A DNA stretch of 64,000 bases. Source: Pseudobacteriovorax sp. (lineage in GTDB: Bacteria; Bdellovibrionota_B; Oligoflexia; Oligoflexales; Oligoflexaceae). Below the pieces are notes generated by a model that did not search any database, was not told where the DNA came from, and was given only the letters and a program-made list of their open reading frames with translations. The position numbers and the translations under genes were made by a program. The number at the start of each line of letters is the position of its first letter. The first letter of the stretch is position 1. Shown here piece by piece: positions 9,949-18,769 of the stretch. The stretch is taken from NCBI GenBank assembly GCA_050293845.1, contig JBNKNM010000009.1:1-64000 (forward strand). Reading direction: 5' to 3'.

Positions 9949-10542
9949 TTACATGCTGATCTCAGTTTTCTGAAGAAGGTTTTTAACTCTTTGTAATGCT
10001 GGTATCTTACTGATCGCATAGGTTAGCAGGGTTGCCCAGAGGACTCCCAGCAACGCTCCCGCAACAATATCACCAAGATAGTGTACCCCTAAATAAACAC
10101 GTGAGAATGCAACTAATATTGCAAACATGAGAAGCGGAATGCCCACCAATCGGCGATCCCAAAAGGCAACTAAAGTTGCAACCGTTAGGCCATTGGTTGC
10201 ATGATTGGAGGGGAAGCTTAGCATACCGCCACAAGAGTGGACCACTCTGACATAATAAAACTCCTTACAAGGACGTATTCTACCAAAATACGGTTTCAAT
10301 ACTTCGAAAGCAAAGAGGTCTGCACAGGATACAGCAAATGCGGCCACTAAGAAAAGGGCCCAACGGTGGCGGTTTTTGCCTGCTAATATTGCCCAAAACA
10401 CTACAAATACTATCCAAATCCATTTGCTAGATAGAGCCACCATCCAGGGGTCAAGCCAACCCTTGGCCATTCCGATATTGATGGTAATGGAATAAATGCG
10501 ATCTATATCTGTCATTTTTGCAATGACTCCGCTGTTAGACAT
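9949..10542 (-). CDS. PAP2-family membrane phosphatase (undecaprenyl-PP / lipid phosphatase type)
   Basis: KPYFGRIRP, SFPSNH and SRVYLGVHYLGD motifs; several transmembrane segments. Confidence 0.9.
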   Translation of the reverse strand: MSNSGVIAKMTDIDRIYSITINIGMAKGWLDPWMVALSSKWIWIVFVVFWAILAGKNRHRWALFLVAAFAVSCADLFAFEVLKPYFGRIRPCKEFYYVRVVHSCGGMLSFPSNHATNGLTVATLVAFWDRRLVGIPLLMFAILVAFSRVYLGVHYLGDIVAGALLGVLWATLLTYAISKIPALQRVKNLLQKTEISM

Positions 10543-10693
10543 TTTATTCGAGACTTTTTAATTGACCAGCCAGCCAGATGCTGATAAATATAAATTCATA
10601 CAAACAAACGCAAAAAGTACATTCAGACGGCGCAAAAACGGGAAAGGGCACCTGGAGCATTTATACCCTATCCAGCGGGTAAAACCACTTGTT

Positions 10694-11128
10694 TTAGGGT
10701 TCTAAGCTCCGCAACTCTTGTTCTTGTCTATGAAGTTGATCTATTAGCCTTTTCTCAAGGTCAAGGCTAACAGGATGAAAGGCTTGCTTTAGCTCGAGGG
10801 ACTCCAGACTAAAAGTAACGCGGGGGGTGGCATGGCGTCCCTTTATGGGTACAGGCTTGAAAACTAAGCGTGCCGATGCTTTTTCATTAGGTGTGGATGC
10901 GCCAATGCCCAATGCTGGACGACTCACCTTTTCATGGCTCTCGCTGTTTTGTAACAGGGGGTCTCTAAGTTCGCTTTTAGAGTCGACACTATTACGATCT
11001 CGCTCAATTTTAACTGGGCTAAATACTGAATCTGATTCAACAATATATACTCTTTTCCCCACCGGTGGTAATGAATCTGCCGCGCTCAGGGTGGCCTGAA
11101 ACCCTATTAGTAACAAAAAATATCTCAT
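10694..11128 (-). CDS. Small secreted hypothetical protein, possibly CglF/GltF-like
   Basis: GGAGG RBS; signal peptide MRYFLLLIGFQATLSA; C-terminal LVFKPVPIKGRHATP motif followed by a helix. Confidence 0.55.
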   Translation of the reverse strand: MRYFLLLIGFQATLSAADSLPPVGKRVYIVESDSVFSPVKIERDRNSVDSKSELRDPLLQNSESHEKVSRPALGIGASTPNEKASARLVFKPVPIKGRHATPRVTFSLESLELKQAFHPVSLDLEKRLIDQLHRQEQELRSLEP

Positions 11129-11149
11129 TTTAAACCTCCCTGCTTGTAA

Positions 11150-11176
11150 GATTCGGAACTTTGTGTCAGAAAATTA
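11150..11176 (-). promoter_or_regulatory. Sigma-28 (FliA)-like promoter for the 11128 gene
   Basis: Minus strand TAAT-N15-TCCGAATC versus consensus TAAA-N15-GCCGATAA. Confidence 0.4.
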
Positions 11177-11190
11177 GACAAAATTTTTCC

Positions 11191-11217
11191 TAATATTTCT
11201 TGTGATTCTTCCGATAG
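11191..11217 (+). promoter_or_regulatory. Sigma-28 (FliA)-like promoter for the HD-GYP gene
   Basis: TAAT-N15-TCCGATAG, ending 30 nt before ATG 11248. Confidence 0.5.
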
Positions 11218-11247
11218 CGATAGAGAAGTCCCCCGTTTGGAGAAGAT

Positions 11248-12801
11248 ATGACTTTCTTGGCTGTAGAACGTGGATCGGAAGCTGGCAGACGCATTGAACT
11301 TTCAAGTTTTCCTGCTTTGATAGGCCGCGACCCAAAGTGTGATGTAATTATTAAAGATGTAGAGGCTTCAAGACGCCATTTACGCATCAAGCAACGAGGC
11401 CGATTATTCATACTGGAAGACCTCGATTCCCGAAATGGAACCTACGTGAATGGTGATCGCGTCATCAATACCACAATAAAAAGCGGTGATAAAATACTAC
11501 TAGGCTCCACCGAACTTGTTTTTTTCGCGCCGGAAAGCGGTATCCAAATACAGACTGATTTTCTCAATTTTGACATGGAGATTGACCATAAATCGGGCCT
11601 TAATGGTCCCATCGGCATTGGGCTACATCCTGAAATCGGCAAATCTCCTATTAAAGCTGTGCGTCTCGACCCTGCACTTTTAGCCAACAATGTAATGGCT
11701 AATGAAAAAAGTATCAGAGATGTTTTTAATCATCATAGTAACCTTATGGTGATTCGAGATCTCAATGAAGCTTGTCAAGCGCTACTAAAAAGTATCGGTA
11801 AGTTGGTCGGTAATGCTTCACGCGCTGCTGTATTCATTTGGTCAGAAAAAAGTCGCCAGCTACTACCATTCGCCAAAAAGGACTACACCATCAGTAAACC
11901 CTTTATTTTAAGTCAAAGAGCATTTGAAGATTGCCTTTCTCGGCGACAAGCTATCCTTCTTGAAGCCATGGCTTCTGCTACCGTTGCGAATAGAAATCGC
12001 GTGGTGCTTCCCATGGCCCATAATAGTGACATTATTGCTCTTATCCATATTGAACTAGATGATCATAAGCAAAAATTCCGCCAGGCTGAGCTAGAAGCGG
12101 CCCAAGCTCTCCTCTTCAGAGCTTCCCCTATTATAGAATCCATGCTGCTGCGCAAAGAAGTTGATAGTTGGTTAATAGGCATCATGGATACCATTATCGC
12201 TACGGTTGAAGCGAAGGATACCTATACAAGGGGTCACTCGGAGCGCGTTGCCAACTACTGTATGGCCATAGCGGATGAATTGAAGTTAAGTAAAGAAATT
12301 AAAAAGCTACTTATGATATCAGCACTTTGTCATGATATTGGAAAAGTCGGCATTCCTGATGCCATATTAAAAAAAGCATCATTGCTGAGTGCTGAAGAAT
12401 ATTCTGAAATGAAGCTGCACCCCACTATTGGTGCCAACATCATCTCACACCTTCCCAATGCGCAACGGGTCATGTCAGGTGTCAAATACCACCATGAAAA
12501 ATGGGATGGCACAGGATATCCGGAAGGATTAGCTGGCGAAGAAATACCATTTTTTGGTCGCATCGTGGCCATTGGAGATGTTTTTGATGCGATGATATCT
12601 GGCCGTTCCTACTCAGGTTTTATCAACCAGGACGATGCCATAGAAAAGCTTCACGATGAAAGAGAACTCTTTGATCCTGAGATATTAAAAGCTTTCACTA
12701 GAGCCCATGAAAAAGGCACCTTGACACCTAAAACATCCACACAAAACAACATTATCATACCTGACTCCGAACCAGAGACAGAAATCACTAAACTCAAGTA
12801 A
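11248..12801 (+). CDS. FHA + GAF-like + HD-GYP cyclic-dinucleotide phosphodiesterase
   Basis: FHA: IGR..SRRH..DLDSRNGTYVNG. HD-GYP: KDTYTRGHSERV, HDIGK, HHEKWDGTGYPEGL, DVFDAM. Central region looks GAF-like. Confidence 0.9.
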   Translation: MTFLAVERGSEAGRRIELSSFPALIGRDPKCDVIIKDVEASRRHLRIKQRGRLFILEDLDSRNGTYVNGDRVINTTIKSGDKILLGSTELVFFAPESGIQIQTDFLNFDMEIDHKSGLNGPIGIGLHPEIGKSPIKAVRLDPALLANNVMANEKSIRDVFNHHSNLMVIRDLNEACQALLKSIGKLVGNASRAAVFIWSEKSRQLLPFAKKDYTISKPFILSQRAFEDCLSRRQAILLEAMASATVANRNRVVLPMAHNSDIIALIHIELDDHKQKFRQAELEAAQALLFRASPIIESMLLRKEVDSWLIGIMDTIIATVEAKDTYTRGHSERVANYCMAIADELKLSKEIKKLLMISALCHDIGKVGIPDAILKKASLLSAEEYSEMKLHPTIGANIISHLPNAQRVMSGVKYHHEKWDGTGYPEGLAGEEIPFFGRIVAIGDVFDAMISGRSYSGFINQDDAIEKLHDERELFDPEILKAFTRAHEKGTLTPKTSTQNNIIIPDSEPETEITKLK

Positions 12802-12890
12802 GCGCTTTGTAGGTAATTTTTTTCCCTGGGAATTAGGTTACAATATGCTAAAGGGTATTTTTTAGATTTAGTTTATGGGGAATCTAGTGC

Positions 12891-13694
12891 ATGTGGAGTC
12901 AACTTGCGATTAGTTTGCAACATGGAAACGGGTACCTCGTTACGATTCTAGTTCTCGGCTTCATCGGGACTACAATCGTATTCGAAAGATTCATCATGCT
13001 GCAATTTGTCTACTATATTGACTTTGGCAAGTTTCTCAATAATTTGCGACGTTCTGTTCAGGCTGAAGACCTGGACCGTGCTGTAAGTATCTGTAAAAAT
13101 GCATCTATGACTTCCCTACCAGCTATAAGTCTAAAAGCCTTGGAAGCTGCCGAACGTGATCCCTCTACAGTTCGCGGTAGCATTGAAGAAGAAACTATTG
13201 ATTTTTTGCCGAAAATTGAAAGCCGCATCGGTATTCTACCCGCATTATCTACACTTATCCTGTTGATAGGCGTTCTTGGTACTATTGATGGCTTGTGGAG
13301 TGCTTTCGATTCTATCGAGATTCTTGATACCAGCGAAAAACAAGCTCGCCTGGCAAACGGTATAGCTGGTTCTCTCAACCCTACGACCATGGGCCTGCTC
13401 ATTTCTATGATATTCTTAACAGGACATCAGATCTTAAAAGGCATGGCTATTAAACTTACAGAACGGATTCATTATGGAGTTTCCGTTCTTATGAATCTCC
13501 TTGTACCGCACGATGTTCCAACCTATGTTGCAGCCCCACTTGACGCATCATCGATGACAACAGCACCGGGTGCCGCCGCAGAAGTCGGGGGAACTTCAGA
13601 AGTGGATGAACTCGACACTGACACTGAGGAAGAAGATGACAGCTTCGACGATGCTTCAGTTGAAGATATTAAGGACGAAGAAGAGATTATCTAA
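12891..13694 (+). CDS. MotA/TolQ/ExbB-family membrane protein (AglR-like) with acidic C-terminal tail
   Basis: TM1 followed by ERF; LIGVLGTIDGL..F; LANGIAGSLNPTTMGL; three predicted TM helices. Confidence 0.85.
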   Translation: MWSQLAISLQHGNGYLVTILVLGFIGTTIVFERFIMLQFVYYIDFGKFLNNLRRSVQAEDLDRAVSICKNASMTSLPAISLKALEAAERDPSTVRGSIEEETIDFLPKIESRIGILPALSTLILLIGVLGTIDGLWSAFDSIEILDTSEKQARLANGIAGSLNPTTMGLLISMIFLTGHQILKGMAIKLTERIHYGVSVLMNLLVPHDVPTYVAAPLDASSMTTAPGAAAEVGGTSEVDELDTDTEEEDDSFDDASVEDIKDEEEII

Positions 13695-14202
13695 TGGTAT
13701 ATGGTATTTACCAATTATGATTTTAAGTACCATGGGACTGATGGTTATCTTGTCTTTTATGTTGAGATCCATATCTACTGCGGGAAAATATGGTCTTGTC
13801 CGCGCTGAAATTCCCTTAGTAGCAGTTCCCGTAAGAGATCCAACATTCCCAGCACTACAGGAAGAACCTGTTGAACAAATTACTGGGACAACTCCCGTGA
13901 TTATTCTAACACGGTCGGAGTTTATTATAGGTGATATTGATGCTGTGACAACCCAGCTAACAAATGTCAGGAATAAGTTTATTATTCCCCATGTAAAGGG
14001 GGCTCCTCATGTTCAACAGCTCCACAGTAATATTAAAAAATGGTTATTTGCCCGCATGAGCAAAGATAAGATCAAAAACCCAGGATTTGCTATTTTAATG
14101 CCAACGGATGAAATACCAACGCCCGTGGTGATTCAAGTCATTCATGCGCTGAAGCAAAGTCAAACTTTCGAACGCATTATTCTTTCGGGAGGATTGAAAT
14201 GA
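13636..14202 (+). CDS. Divergent ExbD/TolR-like protein 1 (AglQ/AglS-like); start uncertain (13636, 13651 or 13717)
   Basis: Single N-terminal TM; C-terminal AILMPTDEIPTPVVIQVIHALK..FERIILSGG resembles the ExbD periplasmic fold; directly follows the TolQ-like gene. Confidence 0.6.
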   Translation: MTASTMLQLKILRTKKRLSNGIWYLPIMILSTMGLMVILSFMLRSISTAGKYGLVRAEIPLVAVPVRDPTFPALQEEPVEQITGTTPVIILTRSEFIIGDIDAVTTQLTNVRNKFIIPHVKGAPHVQQLHSNIKKWLFARMSKDKIKNPGFAILMPTDEIPTPVVIQVIHALKQSQTFERIILSGGLK

Positions 14203-14723
14203 TAAGCCATAATGACCGAAAACGCACCTGGGTCATCGCTATTACTAAACTCCGGGAGAGATTAGACGAACCCATACAATGGTATCCCTTTCCTGCCATG
14301 ATCGGCTTTATGCTGGTCATGATTTTAGGAGGACATTTGCTAACAGATCTTAATCCTCGCCTTGGTGCCCGCGTAGATGTATTACCCCTTGATACCGCCC
14401 GTAATCAGGATGGTAGTATATGGTTGGGAGTATACCTGCAAAACAAAATGATTCATGTTGTTACAGCGGATCGCAAAAAGTTTTCCTGGAGTCAAGACAG
14501 CTCTAATACGCACCACTTCGCTAGCCTTGTGAAATATCTTAAACTAAAGTCGATCAAAGAAGCTAAAACAACAGCATTAAAAATGGAAAGTAATATCAAC
14601 CGTTCTACAGCTATCATTGCTGTCGATCAACGACTTCGATATAGCCATATTAAACCTATAATATTCGCATTGGCTGAAGCTAAAATATCGCATTATGGTT
14701 TTGAGACACGGATCATACACTAA
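14199..14723 (+). CDS. Divergent ExbD/TolR-like protein 2
   Basis: TM PAMIGFMLVMIL; C-terminal AIIAVDQRLRYSHIKPIIFALAEAKISHYGF matches the ExbD pattern IxADxxxxYxxVxxVxxxLxxAG; ATGA overlap with the previous gene. Confidence 0.7.
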   Translation: MISHNDRKRTWVIAITKLRERLDEPIQWYPFPAMIGFMLVMILGGHLLTDLNPRLGARVDVLPLDTARNQDGSIWLGVYLQNKMIHVVTADRKKFSWSQDSSNTHHFASLVKYLKLKSIKEAKTTALKMESNINRSTAIIAVDQRLRYSHIKPIIFALAEAKISHYGFETRIIH

Positions 14724-16351
14724 TGGCCAAAAAAAATAAGCTACCTCAAAATGAATACAAGATTTTTGTAGAAGTACTACAAAATGGGGAGCTACTTTCT
14801 GCTGTTTCAAAGCCATTTCATAAACCTGGTATTATCAAGCTAACCTCAGACCCCAATGGAGAATTAACAGCGCCCTTTTATCCACTGCCTACAGATATAG
14901 ATCTGATTAAAATCACCCGTAGAGGGGCCGAAGTCGACCTTGATCCAAACTGGGAAGGATTCACAACCTTTGAGGGTCGCATTGAAGATATCAGTTCCCA
15001 TCGGAAAACCCACTACACTCACATTATGAAGCAGGGGGATTACGGTAGTATTGCCTATAATGATCTTAGGGTACTTATCAGAGTTGGCAAGGAACGACCT
15101 AAGCTATTAGCCTCCCAAAAACCAACGGGAGAGTATCGAGGCAGTTTTCTTAAATTTTGGTTTACTAGCCCATTAGAGTATAAAGTACTGGCCATCGGCT
15201 TGCTGGCTTCGGCGTGGCTTTTTACTGGCGTAGTGGTAGGTCTCATGAAACGCCCAGACACACGCCCCAAAAAACTTGCCGACCTTAAGCCTGTCTACAC
15301 TCTACCCTTTATCTACCCCAAACACCTTGAGCTCATACCTGAGGCAATGCAGAATCATCTGAATCGCAAAAATATTATTAGCTCCGTATTTTCATTCTAT
15401 AACAATTTTACGACAACTATTCTCGGCTATCAGGTGAATCCATCTCCCGGTATTTTTGAATCGACTTCTAGACTTTATCGCAATATCTATCACGAGCAAA
15501 ATCAAACTATTCAAGAAATTATGGGGAAACAAAGAAAAATTGAAGTCAATTTTCTTAGGGATGATTACAGAGCATTGATTTACATTCCCTCCATAGTGGG
15601 TGAAACCCTAGCTCAAAAACTGATCAGATTAAAAACCAAAATTAAGATGGCACATTCTAGTTTTGTTCGTAACCTAAAAATGCGAAAGCAGATAAGCGCA
15701 CAATTTCACCAGGATCAAAAGTATCTTTTTGAACAATATCAAGCGATCAATCGCTTTGAAAAACCAAAAGAGTACACCCCATGGGACATGTCACGCGATG
15801 AGAAAGCCATGTATGCCGAGGCTCATGATATGGGAAAGTTTGCGGCCTTGCAGCAACAGCAAATGAAGCGCCAGAGAGAAAAAATCACAAAAGTTACAGC
15901 TCGTAATAGCCGCCCCATTTCCATAACATCGCAAAATCAGCAAGTTTCTTACCTAAGCCCTGAAAAATTAAGAAACCTTAATGCTAAAGTTGCTCGGATT
16001 CAGGCCTCCACCTTCGACCTTCAAAAAGCTGGTATGGTTAAAGAGCCACTTCTTGGTGAAATCAACCCCAGGATTATTAGTCAAACTATCAGTAAAAATA
16101 GGTTTGACTTGCAATTATGTTTTGAATTGGCTCTCCGTCGCAATCAAGGTTTATCCGGCACCATGGAATGGCAATGGCGATTAGATTCTCGAGGAAAAAT
16201 TTCTGATATTGAGTTATTGACCTCATCTATAAAGGACAGAAAAATGATCCGCTGTGTCCGCAAAAAAATAGCCAACTGGAAGTTTCCTCGTCCCCGTAAG
16301 GGTAGTGTAGAAATTCGTTATCCATTCTATTTTAGCCCCGCAAAAGGCTAG
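14723..16351 (+). CDS. AgmX/PglI C-terminal-domain (TonB-C-like) membrane protein, GltG-like
   Basis: N-terminal beta-rich, FHA-like cytoplasmic region; one TM; long helical periplasmic region; C-terminal LQLCFELALRRNQGLSG..CVRKKIANWKFPRP..VEIRYPFYF. Confidence 0.8.
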   Translation: MAKKNKLPQNEYKIFVEVLQNGELLSAVSKPFHKPGIIKLTSDPNGELTAPFYPLPTDIDLIKITRRGAEVDLDPNWEGFTTFEGRIEDISSHRKTHYTHIMKQGDYGSIAYNDLRVLIRVGKERPKLLASQKPTGEYRGSFLKFWFTSPLEYKVLAIGLLASAWLFTGVVVGLMKRPDTRPKKLADLKPVYTLPFIYPKHLELIPEAMQNHLNRKNIISSVFSFYNNFTTTILGYQVNPSPGIFESTSRLYRNIYHEQNQTIQEIMGKQRKIEVNFLRDDYRALIYIPSIVGETLAQKLIRLKTKIKMAHSSFVRNLKMRKQISAQFHQDQKYLFEQYQAINRFEKPKEYTPWDMSRDEKAMYAEAHDMGKFAALQQQQMKRQREKITKVTARNSRPISITSQNQQVSYLSPEKLRNLNAKVARIQASTFDLQKAGMVKEPLLGEINPRIISQTISKNRFDLQLCFELALRRNQGLSGTMEWQWRLDSRGKISDIELLTSSIKDRKMIRCVRKKIANWKFPRPRKGSVEIRYPFYFSPAKG

Positions 16352-16489
16352 AAATACAGGGGTTATTAGGGTCCATGCTGGATCTCTTAAGGGTAGCTCA
16401 TCTCGAAGATTCTAGTATGAGAAGATCGGAGCAGCATTTCATCAGATAGAGACTTATCACCTAAAACTAATGGCACCACAAGGAAAACA

Positions 16490-18130
16490 ATGGACCTAAA
16501 TATCGAGATTATTTCAAAAATAGACCCACAATGGCCGCATATTCTCTTTATCGGCGGATGCGGTGAGTTTGGAATGAATGTGACGGCCTATATCTACAAA
16601 CAGAATATTTATCTTATTGATTGCGGCCTAGCATTTGCCTCGGATCACGAGATTGGCATCGATGCTCATATCGCTGACTTAGATGATGTACTGCAGTTCT
16701 TCGGTGGCCCCAAAGCCTATTTCATAACCCATGGCCATGAAGACCATATCGGAGCTCTCCCACTCTTTTTGGAAAAGTGGCCTGCGCCAGTTTATCTAAC
16801 CAAATGGAGTTCTTTAATCCTAGATAATCGACTTAGTAAGTTCCGATCCGATATAGAGCCGGAAGTCATCGTAGTCCAAAGTGGTAACCAGGTGATCTGT
16901 GGTGAGCTAAAAGTTGATTGGTGCGCTGTCCCCCACTCTATTCCCGGGTGCTGTGCATTGATACTACATTTTGGTCCATTTAAAATATTCCATACAGGGG
17001 ACTTTAAAATGGACCCCACCCCACCCCTGGAGCAAGGTCCAGACCTAAACTACTTAGCGTCCTTGGCTCCCATCGACCTATTGGTTGCCGATAGCACTAA
17101 CAGTCTAAGTCCGGGATTTTGCCCCAGTGAAACCACAGTCGAAGAACCCCTTAAGGAATTGATGCAATCCTCACAGCAACTGCTCGTCGTTACTACCTTT
17201 GCCAGTAATCTCTGGCGTATTTTAAGCCTAGTCCAAATCTGTCAGGAGCTTCAGCGAAAGCTCTACATTGTAGGTCCTAGCCTGCTAAAAACCTTAGATT
17301 TTGCAACACAAACCGGGCTGTTCCATCCGGATCCTGATCTGATTATTAGTGACGAGCAACTACGCAGCATACCCAGGGATCGCGTGGTCGTGTTGGCCTC
17401 TGGCAGCCAAGGGGAACCTCGCTCCGGCCTGAGACGCATCGTAATGGGTGAACATCGCCACCTAAGCCTACAAGCTGGAGATCATGTTGTGTTCTCTGCG
17501 CGGATCATACCTGGTAATGAAAAGTCTGTAGCTCAGCTAGTCAGTGAATGCCATAGGCTTGGGGTCAAAACCACAACAACTAAGCAAAATCCAAATATCC
17601 ATGTCAGTGGTCATGCCTATCAAGAAGACATCCAACTTTTGCTGCAACAACTCAAACCATTACATTATGTTCCGGTTCATGGAACCCATACTCATCTAGT
17701 CGCCAACGGAACTCTTTACGATCCCTCGGTAAAAGTATCAAATGGTACCCTCATCAAGGTATCTCCTGAAGGCGTCACAGAAATCGACCAACTTTCTACA
17801 GCAAAGCTTTATATAGATTCCTGGTCCCAGCGTCCTTTAAGTTATAAGTCGATGCGATCACGCCATAAAATTGGTGACTCCGGTTTAATACTCATTACGG
17901 GAAGCTGCCAAGGAAGAGGTCTTGATTGTGAATTCATCGGTGTGCCCTTCAACTCCCATGAGCAAGACAAAGTCCTATCAAGAATTAAAACTATCATTGC
18001 TAAGCACAGGCAACATAAGGAAGATACAGCCGCGCTCAACGAGCGTCTAAGACTAGAGGTCAGACGGTATGCTACGGAGATTTTGATAAAGAAGCCCGTT
18101 GTGATTTGTAAATTATATAGTGAGGCATAA
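16490..18130 (+). CDS. rnj: Ribonuclease J
   Basis: GGCGEFGMN, THGHEDHIG, HTGDFK, DSTN, GSQGEP, IPGNE, HVSGH, PVHG. Confidence 0.92.
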   Translation: MDLNIEIISKIDPQWPHILFIGGCGEFGMNVTAYIYKQNIYLIDCGLAFASDHEIGIDAHIADLDDVLQFFGGPKAYFITHGHEDHIGALPLFLEKWPAPVYLTKWSSLILDNRLSKFRSDIEPEVIVVQSGNQVICGELKVDWCAVPHSIPGCCALILHFGPFKIFHTGDFKMDPTPPLEQGPDLNYLASLAPIDLLVADSTNSLSPGFCPSETTVEEPLKELMQSSQQLLVVTTFASNLWRILSLVQICQELQRKLYIVGPSLLKTLDFATQTGLFHPDPDLIISDEQLRSIPRDRVVVLASGSQGEPRSGLRRIVMGEHRHLSLQAGDHVVFSARIIPGNEKSVAQLVSECHRLGVKTTTTKQNPNIHVSGHAYQEDIQLLLQQLKPLHYVPVHGTHTHLVANGTLYDPSVKVSNGTLIKVSPEGVTEIDQLSTAKLYIDSWSQRPLSYKSMRSRHKIGDSGLILITGSCQGRGLDCEFIGVPFNSHEQDKVLSRIKTIIAKHRQHKEDTAALNERLRLEVRRYATEILIKKPVVICKLYSEA

Positions 18131-18131
18131 T

Positions 18132-18683
18132 ATGCAATGGAAAGAACACTCTGTTAAAACCGTCTTGAATACAGTGCCCTTTTCTGTTGAGGAAGTTGGA
18201 TTGACTGATTTATCTTGTGGCAAGCCAATTTCTCACCCTTTTCATAGGCTACTGGCACCGGACTGGGTGAATATTGTTGCGGTAACACCTGATAAATCAA
18301 TCGTCCTCATTGAGCAGACTCGTGTAGGACCGATGGAGAACATTCTGGAAATTCCCGGTGGCGTGATCGACCCTGGAGAAGATCCCAAGCAAGCAGCTCA
18401 AAGAGAGTTGGAAGAAGAAACAGGCTACGTAGCTAAAAGTTGGATCGGTTTAGGAAGCATAAATCCAAACCCAGCTATTATGACAAACAAGATGCATATG
18501 TACTTGGCCACTGACTGTGTCATTAATGCTAATAGAAATCATTTTCCTGACGAAAATGAGTCCATCAAAGTGGTATTAGCTCATTTGACTGAAATCGATT
18601 CCTACATTGAAGACGATCGGCTTAATAGCGCCTTGGCAGCACTCACGGTCTATAAGGCAGTACGCCACTTAGGAAAATTGTAG
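18132..18683 (+). CDS. NUDIX hydrolase (ADP-ribose pyrophosphatase-like)
   Basis: Nudix box GGVIDPGEDPKQAAQRELEEETG; ATG at 18132 after GAGG. Confidence 0.88.
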   Translation: MQWKEHSVKTVLNTVPFSVEEVGLTDLSCGKPISHPFHRLLAPDWVNIVAVTPDKSIVLIEQTRVGPMENILEIPGGVIDPGEDPKQAAQRELEEETGYVAKSWIGLGSINPNPAIMTNKMHMYLATDCVINANRNHFPDENESIKVVLAHLTEIDSYIEDDRLNSALAALTVYKAVRHLGKL

Positions 18684-18702
18684 AGTGAATGATAGCTTAG
18701 CC

Positions 18703-18731
18703 TTGCAAATCGACGGACTCTTAGCTATAGA
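18703..18731 (+). promoter_or_regulatory. Sigma70-like promoter
   Basis: TTGCAA-N17-TATAGA upstream of the dehydrogenase gene. Confidence 0.5.
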
Positions 18732-18769
18732 CATCACTCCTCAGTAGGAACCATGCGCGGAGTAAGAAA

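Noticed and set aside
10562..10690. TTGACC-led possible promoter, 34-codon ORF and CGCAAAAA direct repeat in the gap upstream of the PAP2 gene
   Set aside because: Weak -10, no RBS and no convincing structure; compatible with chance
12891..16351. Annotation as a standard TonB-ExbBD or Tol-Pal system
   Set aside because: No receptor, tolB or pal adjacent; two dissimilar ExbD-like genes; C-terminal domain is AgmX/PglI-type
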